The notes under the pieces are model-generated. The model was not told the origin of the DNA and did not search any database. It saw only the letters and a program-made list of their open reading frames with translations. Shown here piece after piece: positions 1 to 11,689 of a stretch of 59,955 bases of DNA; the first letter of the stretch is position 1; each line of letters starts with the position of its first letter. Source of the stretch: Basidiobolus meristosporus CBS 931.73. Taxonomy: Eukaryota > Fungi > Basidiobolomycota. The translations under genes and the position numbers were made by a program. The stretch spans positions 1 to 59,955 of the forward strand of contig MCFE01000546.1 in NCBI GenBank assembly GCA_002104905.1, given 5' to 3'.

Positions 1-32
1 TAATGGAGTTTCAAGATTGCAGAGGCACAAAG

Positions 33-381
33 TGTTGCAATATTCTGAGGAGTATTGGAAGTGATGTGGAGAACTAGAAGATTTACATGTTATTCACTTG
101 TAGATTTATTGATCAAAAGTATGGTATTTATACTTTTGATAAAGTAGAGGAAACAAACGTGTAGAGTTTGTTAAGGAAGGTCCCAAGAATATGTGTGCAA
201 AGTTTGGGGTCTTTTGGACGACTTTGAGAAAAATAATAATCTGGGTACCTGATAATTTGGTGAAAATATTCTAAGTAAATCCCGACAAGAAATCTAGTCA
301 GGACAGAATGCTAATCACAGAATAAGATCTATGTGACTAAGTTAGCATGAATATTTAGGTGACAATTCAATAATTACAACA
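33..381 (-). repeat. 3' LTR of family A
   Basis: TGTTGCAATA...TAATTACAACA, adjacent to the reverse-complement PPT. Confidence 0.95.
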
Positions 382-393
382 CTCCCACTCAAC
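382..393 (-). other. Polypurine tract of element A
   Basis: CTCCCACTCAAC on plus = GTTGAGTGGGAG abutting the LTR. Confidence 0.85.
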
Positions 394-2990
394 AAAATAT
401 TCATGAGTAATAAATACATATTGTGAGTGTGCAATCTGTAATAAGCGTATAAGATTTAACTGTTTTGCATACTGGACTAATATATTATCCAAAGGTGTAT
501 GCATTTGTGTTCAACTTAATAGAACAAGTAACTTGGAATTTAGTATGCATATCTACTTAGTAATATGCCTAAAAATCTGAATGATCTGATCATAATACTA
601 ATCATCAACTTTGATCAGTTGTACGGGCTTGAATAATAAGCTGAGTCTAATTGACAGATCGTAATAATGGTATATAGCCTCTGGGCTATCCAATGCTTCT
701 TATTTGAGCAAAATTGACCCACTTTTGGTCAAGTTAAGGTTTTGTCATTTATGGCAGATCTGGAGTTTCCTTATTTCCGGCCAACAGTCTAATCCATTTA
801 GACAACTTCACTGTGTGTCCATATTAGGCTCAGGGACAGTTACTTCCATCATATAGATGCTATATGAGGTAAAAAATAGTGACCTACTTTGGGTCAAGTT
901 AAGGTTTTGTCATTTACGCCTGATCCGGATTATCCTTGTTTCCTGGCACTGTGGCACATATAACATGGCCAAAAAAAAAAAAAAAAGAAGGTTTTTGCTC
1001 AACTCTGAGCTGGGATGGCCTGCTCCCACTTGAACCACGTCTGTTAGTGATTCAGATCCACAAATATGATCTAGAATGGTCATCTTTGTCTTCTTTAAAT
1101 AGCAATAACTTTCTTTGGACTGATTACTTCATATGCGGTAGATTCAAAGTCCATTTGCTTCTTGATTCACCCGGTTTGGTATTGGACAACACCATGGGTT
1201 GTTTGGTAGCTATTCTTAGAGTGCTTCTACTGATTTGGATTGATACAGCTGCTTTTGTCTTATCAGAATATACTTGTAGAATAGAGATTGGCGCTTTTCC
1301 AGAAGTGAGATTCTCCTTAACAAGGGCTTTGATTATCCTTATTCTCCTGATAGTTATTTTCAACCTTGAGCTCGGTTTCCAAGGCTAACTGATCTTCTCA
1401 GTGTCTTCAGAATCCATAAAAACCATCTGGTTGATCCTTGCACCTTTTTCTTTCAGCTCCATAGACAGCAGATATCAAGACTTCTGCACTAAATAATCTG
1501 TTCCAATATATACTACAATATCTAACAGATCCTGTTGAAGTTTCAAGGCTCTTCTGGGGTTTCTAGCTTGAGAGCTTCGTACAAGAGGCTCCATAGAACA
1601 TATCTGCATTGCCAGATAGTCCAAATATGGCTTACATAAGTTTTGGCACCATTTGGGAAGTACCCTAGTTTGCGGTAGTAGTATTTTCCATTTTTTCTTC
1701 TTTTCTTTTTCTGCTGATGACCCAGGGATAATTCCCTTTGTGGGGTGGTTCTGGACTTCCTTGCAGGTGGGACCACGGTGTTTTTGAGCACAAGAGTCTC
1801 CATGACATCATTGTTCCAGAATATCTGACTATTTGAGAGTGAAATAATCAAAATCGGCATCCACTTAGATCATTCATAACTTTTGATAGAGTTGACCAAA
1901 TTTGATCAAATAAACTGCATTTGATAGCTAGCTTCATCAATACTTCGGTATCAGACTCCAATATATCAGTAATTTGAGTTGCAGAACTTGGCGGTGACTT
2001 GATCAATCAAAATTCTTCTGATCTGATCCCGAGAAGTTAAATATCACCAAGTGTTTTCTCCCACTGTAATAAGTGATATATATATAACAAGTATAAAGTA
2101 CTATGTTATCTTCTGAGTGGCTCTTAGCTGTGTACTGACCAACTGTTGCTTGGTTGTATACTCCAATCAGGCTTGCAATTATATGCGTCACTCCTTTGGC
2201 TGGCGGTAGAATCTTCATGAGTTGATTTTGCTAAATTTGTATAATACTTTCTCCCACTGTTTTGAGACTTAAACAAAGTGATAGCACGTCTAACAGCTCC
2301 ATATTTAGCTCCTGGTACACTGGTTTCAGTATCAAAACACTTGATACAATTATAGCATTCTTCTAATGGATTGTGTAGTACATATCTGTACTCCAGGTGG
2401 ATATATATGTATTATATATCATTGGGATCCTTACAATTCAGGAAGCTTGTTTCTGAGATCTTTTTCCATCAGTAGATAGTCCAGAATGGCGGCTAACAGC
2501 TCCAGTATTTGCATTCTCAGCTGTATTTTGAGTGGCAATAGATTTTTGGTAAAATCCTCCTCTGGCAATCATTAATAATGATCTATATTTTTTTTTTGCA
2601 ATTCAGGATAATATCCTATCCAAGAGCTCGTCTAACAGTCAATTGGGGTCATATGAATACATATTGCAGTATATTTCATTGTAGATCTGGACCCTCAATT
2701 GCTGGAATTACGCAATTTTCTTCAGTAGTGGTAGAGCACCAACATACTATATTTCTTGACACAATTACATGCCAGTTTGATTGACTCTTCTTCATAACTA
2801 ACTTGGATAGTTACTGAAGGCATCTTTTGAAGGCAAGGCCTTCTTCTCCACAGCAATATCCTCATAAACATAGTCCTTTAGCAGCGGTAGTCTTCTTTAA
2901 CCTTAGCGGAGCAATAGTGCGGAAAGTCTTTCTCCAGACTAGCAGAAAAGGATCCAAAGCATAGTAGACACCAAGAGGACAGCAAGCTCG

Positions 2991-3002
2991 GGGCTCATAA
3001 CC
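2991..3002 (-). promoter_or_regulatory. Primer-binding site (internal half of tRNA-iMet, Copia type)
   Basis: GGTTATGAGCCC directly after the 5' LTR end on minus; same PBS as family B. Confidence 0.88.
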
Positions 3003-3351
3003 TGTTGCAATATTCTGAGGAGTATTGGAAGTGATGTGGAGAACTAGAAGATTTACATGTTATTCACTTGTAGATTTATTGATCAAAAGTATGGTATTTA
3101 TACTTTTGATAAAGTAGAGGAAACAAACGTGTAGAGTTTGTTAAGGAAGGTCCCAAGAATATGTGTGCAAAGTTTGGGGTCTTTTGGACGACTTTGAGAA
3201 AAATAATAATCTGGGTACCTGATAATTTGGTGAAAATATTCTAAGTAAATCCCGACAAGAAATCTAGTCAGGACAGAATGCTAATCACAGAATAAGATCT
3301 ATGTGACTAAGTTAGCATGAATATTTAGGTGACAATTCAATAATTACAACA
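3003..3351 (-). repeat. 5' LTR of family A
   Basis: Direct repeat of 33-381. Confidence 0.95.
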
Positions 3352-4366
3352 CAAAGTTCATAACCTGGTACCAGAGCTGAGTATACAGAGTATAGTGAAT
3401 TGCCTGAGAGTGGTGTACAGCTGTCAGGAGAAGTTTCTCTGTTCTGGATTAGTGCAACAGAGGTTGCTTTGTTGTAGGGCAGAAACAATTGCTTCCCATT
3501 TTCTTTATACTACCGCAATAGTCTTCCATGGCCATGAGTAGGAGGCAGAGACCAGGATCAGATGCTGCACAAAGAGCCAGGCATAAAGAAGATGATATGG
3601 CAGAGAGAATAGAGAGCTGGCAAGCTTCAAGTAGCTCCTAAGGTACTTCTTGTCATTCTTGGTAGCTTTGTGGGTAAAAAAAGTGAGTTTTGCCAGCTTT
3701 TTCTTCATAATTGATTGCATAAAAGGGACCATGATGAGTGGGCAGATACTCTAAAGGATCCTATTTCAGCTCCATAGAAGGGCTTAATTTCATTCACAAA
3801 GTAGAGCACAGCAGCAGATGGGCATATCCAATCAACACATCTTTTCTCAGATTGAGTACTCAGCACCAGCAGATAGCTTTCTCTCTGGAGGTTCAGTAGG
3901 AATGTAAACTATGGCTTCATTCTTGCAGTCATAGTAGTCTTGTTCTCAGGATGGGGAATGTTGAGCTCTCCAAGCAAGATAAAAGTTATTGATATAGACT
4001 GCTGGTATTGCCAAGCTTTCTGACATACAACTTACACTTCCTGAAGGGGGAGTCTTGGAGGTGGATAGCACAGTATAGATTGATAGTTGGCAACTAGAGA
4101 GCAGCACAGTAGGGGGAATCAAGTGGAACACAGGGCCAAGGAGTATTGATAATAGAAGAGATAAAGCTGATAGATGAGGTATTAGACTTGTTCCATTGGA
4201 TAGTGCCACATAGTGCCAGCCTGTTCATGGTGCTGGATCAATCTGGCACTCTACAAAACTATCTGGCACTATAATTTCTACCATGATGCCAGTGGTATGA
4301 TACAGTTACTGGTAATTTTACTCAATCTTACTTATGTTGCTCAGAATAGTGCTTTCCTTGCTTTAT

Positions 4367-5251
4367 TTACTCTTCATAATGCTCCAGACACATTTCTCTC
4401 AGTGGATGTCTTCTTGTATGAACATACTGTGCATTAATAAGTATCTTAACTATTTTACCTATTCTGCTGTTTTCTCCTATATATGACTTTCCTCTGTATT
4501 TACCTGCCAATATGCTGAATCTCTTCAGATATCTAAGTGTATGCTCTACCCTTACTCTGAAATGATTAAATATCTCATTGTAGAGCTTCTGCTTCCTGCT
4601 AAGCACACCATTCCTTGGCTTCCTATAAGTTGTAATACATCCTAATCTCTGATAATCCTCTCCTATATAGGCTAAGTCTGCCATACATTTCTCCCCTCTA
4701 CTGAATTCAGGATGAATCTCTACCCAGAGTGCTTTGTCAAGCCTACTTCCAGCAAATGGCCCACTAAACCATATGATGTTACCCTCAATGTCAGACAGTG
4801 CTTGAAACTTCACACAGTGTGCCTTGTACTCGCCAGAATAAAAGTGCCTCTGCCCTCTAGAAGGTCTGTTAGTCCTCACTGGGGAGGTATCCAAAATACT
4901 CCTGATATGGAACCCGTTGCTGACCACTCTGGGATATGGAAGTCTATTGGAGCTTCTGATCCTAGTATTCCAAGCTTGCTCTAAGTCATTCATACCCTCT
5001 GCAAGGTGGTTCTCCATTGCTGTCAGCTGGGAATGAAAGCTTCTAGGACTTTTGTTGCCATGGATGGTGGGATGAAACCTTGTAGGGCAATAGTTCTTGT
5101 AATAGCAGAGAAGCTTAACAAGGGATCTCCTTGAGTAGATTGGGGTTGATGGTCCACAGTACTTGGAATAGATCTCCTCTAGTGTGTCAAAAGGAAATCC
5201 AGTGGTAGTGATGGAATTGATGAGAAAAGACCATTCAGATGAGTAAGTCAT
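4367..5251 (-). CDS. DDE_Tnp_4-type (IS5/Harbinger-like) transposase, 294 aa, apparently intact
   Basis: Motifs ILDTS (D1), YSGEYKAHCVKFQ, GPFAGS, ADLAYIG (D2), RKP..LS..QKLYN, RVRVEH (E), LKRF. Confidence 0.92.
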   Translation of the reverse strand: MTYSSEWSFLINSITTTGFPFDTLEEIYSKYCGPSTPIYSRRSLVKLLCYYKNYCPTRFHPTIHGNKSPRSFHSQLTAMENHLAEGMNDLEQAWNTRIRSSNRLPYPRVVSNGFHIRSILDTSPVRTNRPSRGQRHFYSGEYKAHCVKFQALSDIEGNIIWFSGPFAGSRLDKALWVEIHPEFSRGEKCMADLAYIGEDYQRLGCITTYRKPRNGVLSRKQKLYNEIFNHFRVRVEHTLRYLKRFSILAGKYRGKSYIGENSRIGKIVKILINAQYVHTRRHPLREMCLEHYEE

Positions 5252-5610
5252 ATTAAAATTGATGGATGATTGTATGGAGGTGGTTTGAATTGATTTGGCG
5301 CAATCCGCGTTATTTATCTGATTTTTAATACATTATGGTTAAATCTCCATCAATTGCCATGTATCCCATCATTATGTTGCAAAAATCATCCGCAAACAAT
5401 GCCTTGGTACTTTTATTGATGCTTTAATCATAGGTCTATAATCAAATAGGAAATCTGCAATTGATGTGATCTGATCCGTGCCAACGCAATCCAAGATGCA
5501 TCATGCATAATATATGGAAAATTCAACAATCACATTAGTTTTCATATATATTTCATATAAGACCAGGTTGATGCCAATATACTGCTGTATAAGTATCCAA
5601 ATCCGTTGCT

Positions 5611-6885
5611 ATGGTCCCCATACCAAGCCTCAACTCATCTTTAGTGCAACCCAGACAAAACCCATCCCCCAGCTCACAGGCGCAGTCCAAACCGGAAAAG
5701 TCAATGTTGGATCCGTTTGAGTACTTGCCAAATGATTTTAGTATGGCCCAAGTGTCTATGATGAGCCTTCATACAGATATTTGGGCACTACTGATTAATC
5801 TAGCAGAACTAGATACCTCAGAGAGTAGACAAAGATGGAAGAATTTGAGTAGAAAGCTGTGGCATGAGTTCTACATCAAGATGCCAGCTGATGTATGTAA
5901 AAAGATATATAACGAGACAGGTATTGCAATCAAGAATGAGCTGAGAGTGAGGGGATTTGATGAAGAAGCCGCACAGGAACAATTTTGCGCGCAATTTGCA
6001 CAGTACAGGCCGGACGCATCCGTTTGTGCCTCAACTTTGGGAACCAAAGAGATTTTGAATGAGTTTTTGCCTTAAATGACTAATGTACCACGTGATATAT
6101 TAGTAGAGCTAAGTGGCTTCCAAGAGCAATATACACAGGACTCATCCAGGCAACAGCTCCAAAGTATCAGACAGAGGGTAAGTGAATACCTTGAGGAATC
6201 AGATGGTGAGCTTCAGGAGGAAGAATACAGACCGCAAGCAACATTGTCCATATTGCGCCAGCATGCCTTGCTGGATTCCCTACCATCTCTTACAACCACA
6301 GTGCGCCGGCGCACATCAGTCCAGACCATGCCAACACCCTTTACCAGAATGGCCTGCGTCAAGTCAATGCGCATTGGGTCAACGCGCGCACTTCAGAGCA
6401 AAACTACAAGAACTTGCCAAACTGCTCATTTAGACACAAGTCCATTGGAGTGGACCAAGTTGCATCAACATGCGGCATCACATTGAACTCAGCCAAGGGC
6501 CATCTCAACGCGTCAAGGCGTGCCTGCGCATGCTGTTTTGCCTGACCATCAGCAAGTTACTTCTGGTGAACTGACTGATGATGACCAACATGAAGTGCCT
6601 CAACCACCGGAGCCCTTGGCAAGTAAAAGAACGCGTCAGCGTGTGGCACTACAGGCCGGTTCAGTTGGTTCAGTTGGAGCAATTCAGCGTGGCCAAGCGG
6701 CAGCATTGCACTCATCAACTAGGAGGCAAAATACTGACTACAAATACACAAGTAGCCAAGAAGATAGTCAGCCAGGAAGTAGTATAGGTGTGCAAAGTGA
6801 GTCACTACCAAATGCTTCAGTAGTAATCCCTGTGAGAAAAAAACCAGAAGATGATGCGATTGCTTTGAATTGCTCACATTTGTGA
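5611..6885 (+). pseudogene. Second ORF of element P (about 424 codons, possible Myb/SANT-like segment), two in-frame stops
   Basis: ORFs 5611-6075, 6076-6486 and 6520-6885 are all in one frame, split by TAA (6073) and TGA (6484). QRWKNLSRKLW resembles a Myb/SANT/MADF third helix. The ATG context is conserved in the decayed copy near 50310. Confidence 0.7.
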
Positions 6886-7709
6886 TGATCCCAACAACCC
6901 TTTTTTTTTGCGATCCGAATCAAGCAATTGCAAATCAGTGATCATCAAATTTTTGATATAAGTAATATCAAGGTTGTCTCACATGTGAGACAGAACCCCT
7001 ATAAATAAACACCCTGCATATATATACGTCATCTGTAATACTAGTGCAGCTATTGGATCTGTTTTGCACCTACACAATTGCTGTTGTGCTAGCTATGACA
7101 TCTTGTCCAATCACTAGGATCAGGGATTTACTTGCTCAATGGGCAAAATGGGATATTTGATGGCAAATCAGGTAGCTTTTTCAGTAGTCAATGAGCCAAT
7201 TGGGGGCTGCCAGCTTCAGGATACTTTTGGACCAATTACCACTGAGATACCGTCCAATTGGAGTGAGGGTAACCAAAATGGTCAGTATCAGTGTAGTTTA
7301 TAGTGTGATACACATTTATTTCCATTTACATTAAAGAAACATATCCAAATACCGGATTTTACCTGCCATTATAGAGGTATCCAATTGCACACGTGATGCA
7401 AACATTACAAGTTGGTGCAATCATCCGTGCCAACCTCATCATGTCAGATTGTGCCATAGTGTGCAAGATTGTCCTGCATAGTGTAAAATTGTCCAAGAAT
7501 GATCCTGCCTTCTGGTAGCTATAATATTGCGCCCAATTGTTCTTTACAACCGCGGATTGTGCCACGCGCTCTGGCTTGGTACAATGGAACAAGTCTATTC
7601 TTTGTTCTAGAAATAGAAAAGCAATGAAGCTTAGTCAAAAGTATAGGGTACATAGGGTGTAGATATTATAAAAGGGCTGGGAAAAGGGTAGAGAAATGGG
7701 GGGTTTACG

Positions 7710-8350
7710 GAATGCAGTTACCCATACTGCTCCCATGCTCTTTAGAAGCTCTGTAGTTCACTTTCCTTTCATATTTGGCTCTGGTCCTTAAGGGTACAGT
7801 TCCTCCTACACATTGTTATGGTGCATAGTAACCATACCCCAATAGGACTTATGGATACCCACTTGCTTCATTTGCTTGTGAATAGCAGGAGTCAGCCATG
7901 TGATACTGAAATGCTTTTATTGTATGGATGCTAGTTTTACAGAATTCTTAATGCACTTTTATGGTGCACAGTGACCATACCCTAACAGGTTTTAAGGATA
8001 CCTTCCTGCTACTTTTACTTATGCCTAGCAGGAGTCATCAACCATTAGCTGAGTGGTAGTAAAGTGCGTTTATTGCTCATCATGCTAGCTTTACAAGAGT
8101 CCTTAATGCATTATTACAGTGCGCAGTAACCATACCTCAACAGGTGTTATGGATGCTCACTTGCTACATTACCATGTATCCATTGGGAGTCATCAATCAT
8201 CAGCAGCACACTAATAAATTTCTTTGATTTTATCACAATTGCTTGACCTGGACTCAGAAAGCCCTTTATTCATCAAAGGCAACCACACCCCCAGAAAGTA
8301 CTGTGAATGCTCACTTTACAGACCCACTTGTGTATTGTAGGGACTATCAA
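7710..8350 (+). repeat. Degenerate tandem repeat, unit about 143-155 bp, 4-5 copies
   Basis: Anchor GT(A/G)ACCATAC.. at 7828, 7971, 8126 and (degenerate) 8279. Confidence 0.65.
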
Positions 8351-9639
8351 TCAACAGCCACATAGGAATGGAATTTCATAGAACAGCTTGGCTTTGTTAT
8401 TGGCAGGCTCTGATGTGAAAATAACTGTACTATGTGAGCAATTTAGTAGCTGTCTACCCTAGTTGACTCCAAAGTATTCCCAGACATTATCCTCAAAATC
8501 AATATCAGCATCAATAGCTTGCTCTTTGATCACTAAGTCACAGCACCCAATGTGTAGTGGCCTTGGTTTTGTCTAGCCATCACAGAATGGAACCATGGTA
8601 TAGTCACAAGAGAGGCTAAAGTATAATATAATGAGGTTGGTGTATATAAAAGTAAAATAAGTCTACAGGACAGGAGAGAACAAATAGTTACACAGCACTC
8701 AGAGACACTGCATCAGGTACAGCACCAACACACTTAATAAGCCACCCATGTGGGTAAAGCTTCAGGACTGTTACTGGGGGACCAATACCAATGAGGAAGT
8801 TACCACTGCCATAGCAGCTCTTGTGCCCCAAAGGAGGACCAAGAGTCTACTATAGAGAAAGATAACAGCAAGAAGAGCAGCACATTTACCAATTCTGGTA
8901 GTAGTACCCTTGGAAGTTTGAAATATCTGAAGAGAACTGGGACAAAATAGCAGGTGATTCAGTAGTGCTGAGAAGAAAGCAAACCCTTTCAATTGAGCAT
9001 TTTCAAAACAAACTTCAGCTTAGATTGATGTTGCCTCATTATAGAGTACTCCAAGTGGTGTATTTAGATTATAGCATACAAAGGAGAGTTGGGCCTAGAC
9101 TGATAAGTTAACTGATAATCAAATCAATCACTTCTTGATCAAGTAGAGAAACAATAGAACAGCCAAGTGATGAAACAAAAATCCATGGTTACTGAAGACA
9201 AATAATTTTCCAAATGCAGTTTTGAGCTTTAGTAAAGTAACAGGGTATTAACAAAATAAAAATATGGTATAATATAGATGAAGTAACTCATTACTGGCTA
9301 GATGAATGTGGCATATGAGCAAGAAGCTCAGTAACCTCAAAGGGAAAGATAACAAGAATGGGCCATCAGCTTAGTCAGAATATGTATAAAAGTAGAGAAA
9401 ATGAATGTAATCCCTCATAAAACAAGAAGTATGGAAGCAGGCAGTATCTGAGTATATGCCAGGAGTGAAGGTAGAGAGCAAAGAGAATGAAGAAGGGGAC
9501 TAGGATGTTGAATAGGATGCTGAAGAGGAAGAGGGCAAGGAAGTGACCAAATACAAGAGGAGCATTAAGGAGGTGTTGTAGCAAACAAAAATGATGCTGA
9601 GCAAGTTGCTGCAATCACTACCAAGTGGCCTGTCAGACA

Positions 9640-10620
9640 TGTTTACTAAGCATTGTCAAAGGTTTGACAACAGCTTCTGGAATAGAGGACAACCTTGCAT
9701 CATGAGGTATTGCAACATATGTCCCAGGATATTAAGCAGATGAGGGGTGATATTGATATAGGACTAAATCTACAAAGAGCTTTCTTAACTACATCACTTC
9801 TTTAATAGCTTCACAGGCTGCCATATACTCTTCCCCTGTAGTGGAATGAGCCATGGTTGGTTGCATTGCTGAATTACAGAAAACTATGCCTTTACAGTAA
9901 AGGAAGGTGTATCCTGTGGTAAATCTTCTGACTTCAAAATTTTACCCCCATTCAGCACCAGAGGATTCCACAAGATCTAGTCCTGAATTCTCATAAGTTT
10001 ACTGTGAGCAGAAGTCAGCAGTTCCTCTTAGACATATAAAAATCCACTGAACTGCTACAATGTATTCAGATCCATAGTTCAGATTTTGCTGGCTGACAAC
10101 TCCCACTGAATGTTAAATACCTGGACATGTTACAAGCATGATATATATCAGACTGCTGACTATAGTTAGATAAGGAAAGTCAGGGCTATAGGATAGTCCC
10201 AAGCTTTCTTAATTTGGCTGAGCTTTGATCAAGTAAAGGTTTGTCTTCATTAGTATAGCTGCTGGTTTACAATTTCCCATTTGGTACTTCTTGAGTTTAC
10301 CATGAATATACTTAGACTGGCTTAGGGTGCTAATCTGGGTACTACTGTCTATACAGAACCATATCCTTAACTAGTAACCAAGTTCTCCTGAGTTAGACAT
10401 CTTGAACACCTTTGATAGGCTTTATTTAGTCTCCTCAACATCCCTTGGTTACTAGTAGCTACAATAAGCTCATCCACAAACAGAGCTAATGGAACTGGAT
10501 TTGCCCTTTCTGGCTTATGGTATACACTATAGCAAGCAGTACTTCTTTAGAAACTCAAAGATTCCAATCAAAATCTATCTGACAATTCCAGGCTCTTGGT
10601 AATTGTTTAAGACAATTTAA
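9640..10620 (-). pseudogene. Decayed Copia RT/RNase H remnant
   Basis: Fragmented SQSKYI, NCKP, FPY..VSSL.Y, TTGYTF, STT..EYMAACEAIKE motifs with many stops. Confidence 0.75.
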
Positions 10621-11689
10621 ATATTTTTTAAACTTGCAGACCAATGGAGGTTTTCCTAGTCAGCAAGCCCATCAGACTGGTTCTTGTACCACAACATTAC
10701 ATCATTCACCAGTAGATGGATTACTGGGCTCACTTGGTTCCATAAAGTATCCTTTGCATTTGTTCCAACAGGTGTTGTCACATTGTATATAGGGATTTGA
10801 CCAGGCTCATACATGGAACTGTTGTTAGGGGTGATAGGCTCAATATCCATCAGTGAACCTTCTTTGTCAGAGCTATCACACTGAGTGCCATATTCAAAAG
10901 GCTCAGGTGAGCCTAAAGACATCACAAACTCACCTGACTCAGTTTGTGCAAGGTGACAAGGACAGCCAGGTGCCAATATAGAGGTATCAACTGGCCAGCA
11001 AGATAATGTTAAACAGTAGTGACCAATAAATGGTCAAATATAACTTAGGTGGCAAAACATTGGCTGTGATCCTTTTAATACTTCCTATACTGTCTGCATA
11101 CTTCATGGCTGAGAGGCTTGCCACAATAGCCACATGGTCTTTTTTCTCTTCTCTTATGGCATTGAGTCAAAGTAGTCTTGTCCATGGGGCAAACAGTTTG
11201 CCCTTCAACAACATAACGCTATTATATCACTTTTTGGTCAATACTCATGTGAACTTAAGACAGTCTTGAATTTGAGACATTTCACCTACATAAATGTAAG
11301 ACTATATGATGGCTGGCTATAGTAAGCATTATAAATAAAGTGGTGGCACAACATACACATGTATATATAACACTATTTCCCCTTTGGTTTGACTCACTTA
11401 CATATATAGGCTGCCAAGAAATAAAGCAAAACTGTCTGGTTCCTAACCAAGCCCCACTGCTGATAGCAGCAGAAGAATGGTTCAACAACAGCTTACTTTG
11501 AAATTCAGTGCAACAAGTGGGGCTTCATCCAAAAAGGCCATGTTGACAGTGTGCCCACTCAAGGTAATACTGTAGACTCCTCAGGCTCTCAGTTAAGTAG
11601 GCAAAAGAGGATCTCTGTTGAGACACAAGCTGACTATTATGCTCAAGTCAATGGGAATGTAGTAAGGGTGTACCTTCTGCTGAAGACCA

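Larger units (their letters stand above)
33..3351 (-). mobile_element. Non-autonomous Copia-type LTR element, family A (LARD/TRIM-like, no pol)
   Basis: Two 349-bp TG..CA LTRs (33-381, 3003-3351) with no difference seen. 5-bp TSD CAAAG (28-32, 3352-3356). Minus-strand PBS GGTTATGAGCCC and PPT GTTGAGTGGGAG. No ORF >150 aa and no RT/IN motif inside. Confidence 0.93.
4184..7596. mobile_element. PHIS-superfamily (PIF/Harbinger-related, possibly Pangu-type) DNA transposon, element P
   Basis: Perfect 15-bp TIR AGACTTGTTCCATTG at both ends. 3-bp TSD ATT (4181-4183, 7597-7599). Repeated GTGCCA/TGGCAC subterminal motifs. Contains a DDE transposase plus a divergent second ORF. Confidence 0.9.

Noticed and set aside
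971-987. Poly-A as a LINE/SINE or processed-pseudogene tail
   Set aside because: No flanking TSD or upstream non-LTR signature identified
936-1388. 150-aa ORF as a real protein
   Set aside because: Non-ATG start, runs through a poly-A tract, antisense to the element, no recognisable motif
3352-4180. Possible gene flanking element P
   Set aside because: Only short broken frames; no product could be assigned
10656-10976. 106-aa ORF as a host gene
   Set aside because: No motif recognised and embedded among decayed retroelement pieces; left unannotated
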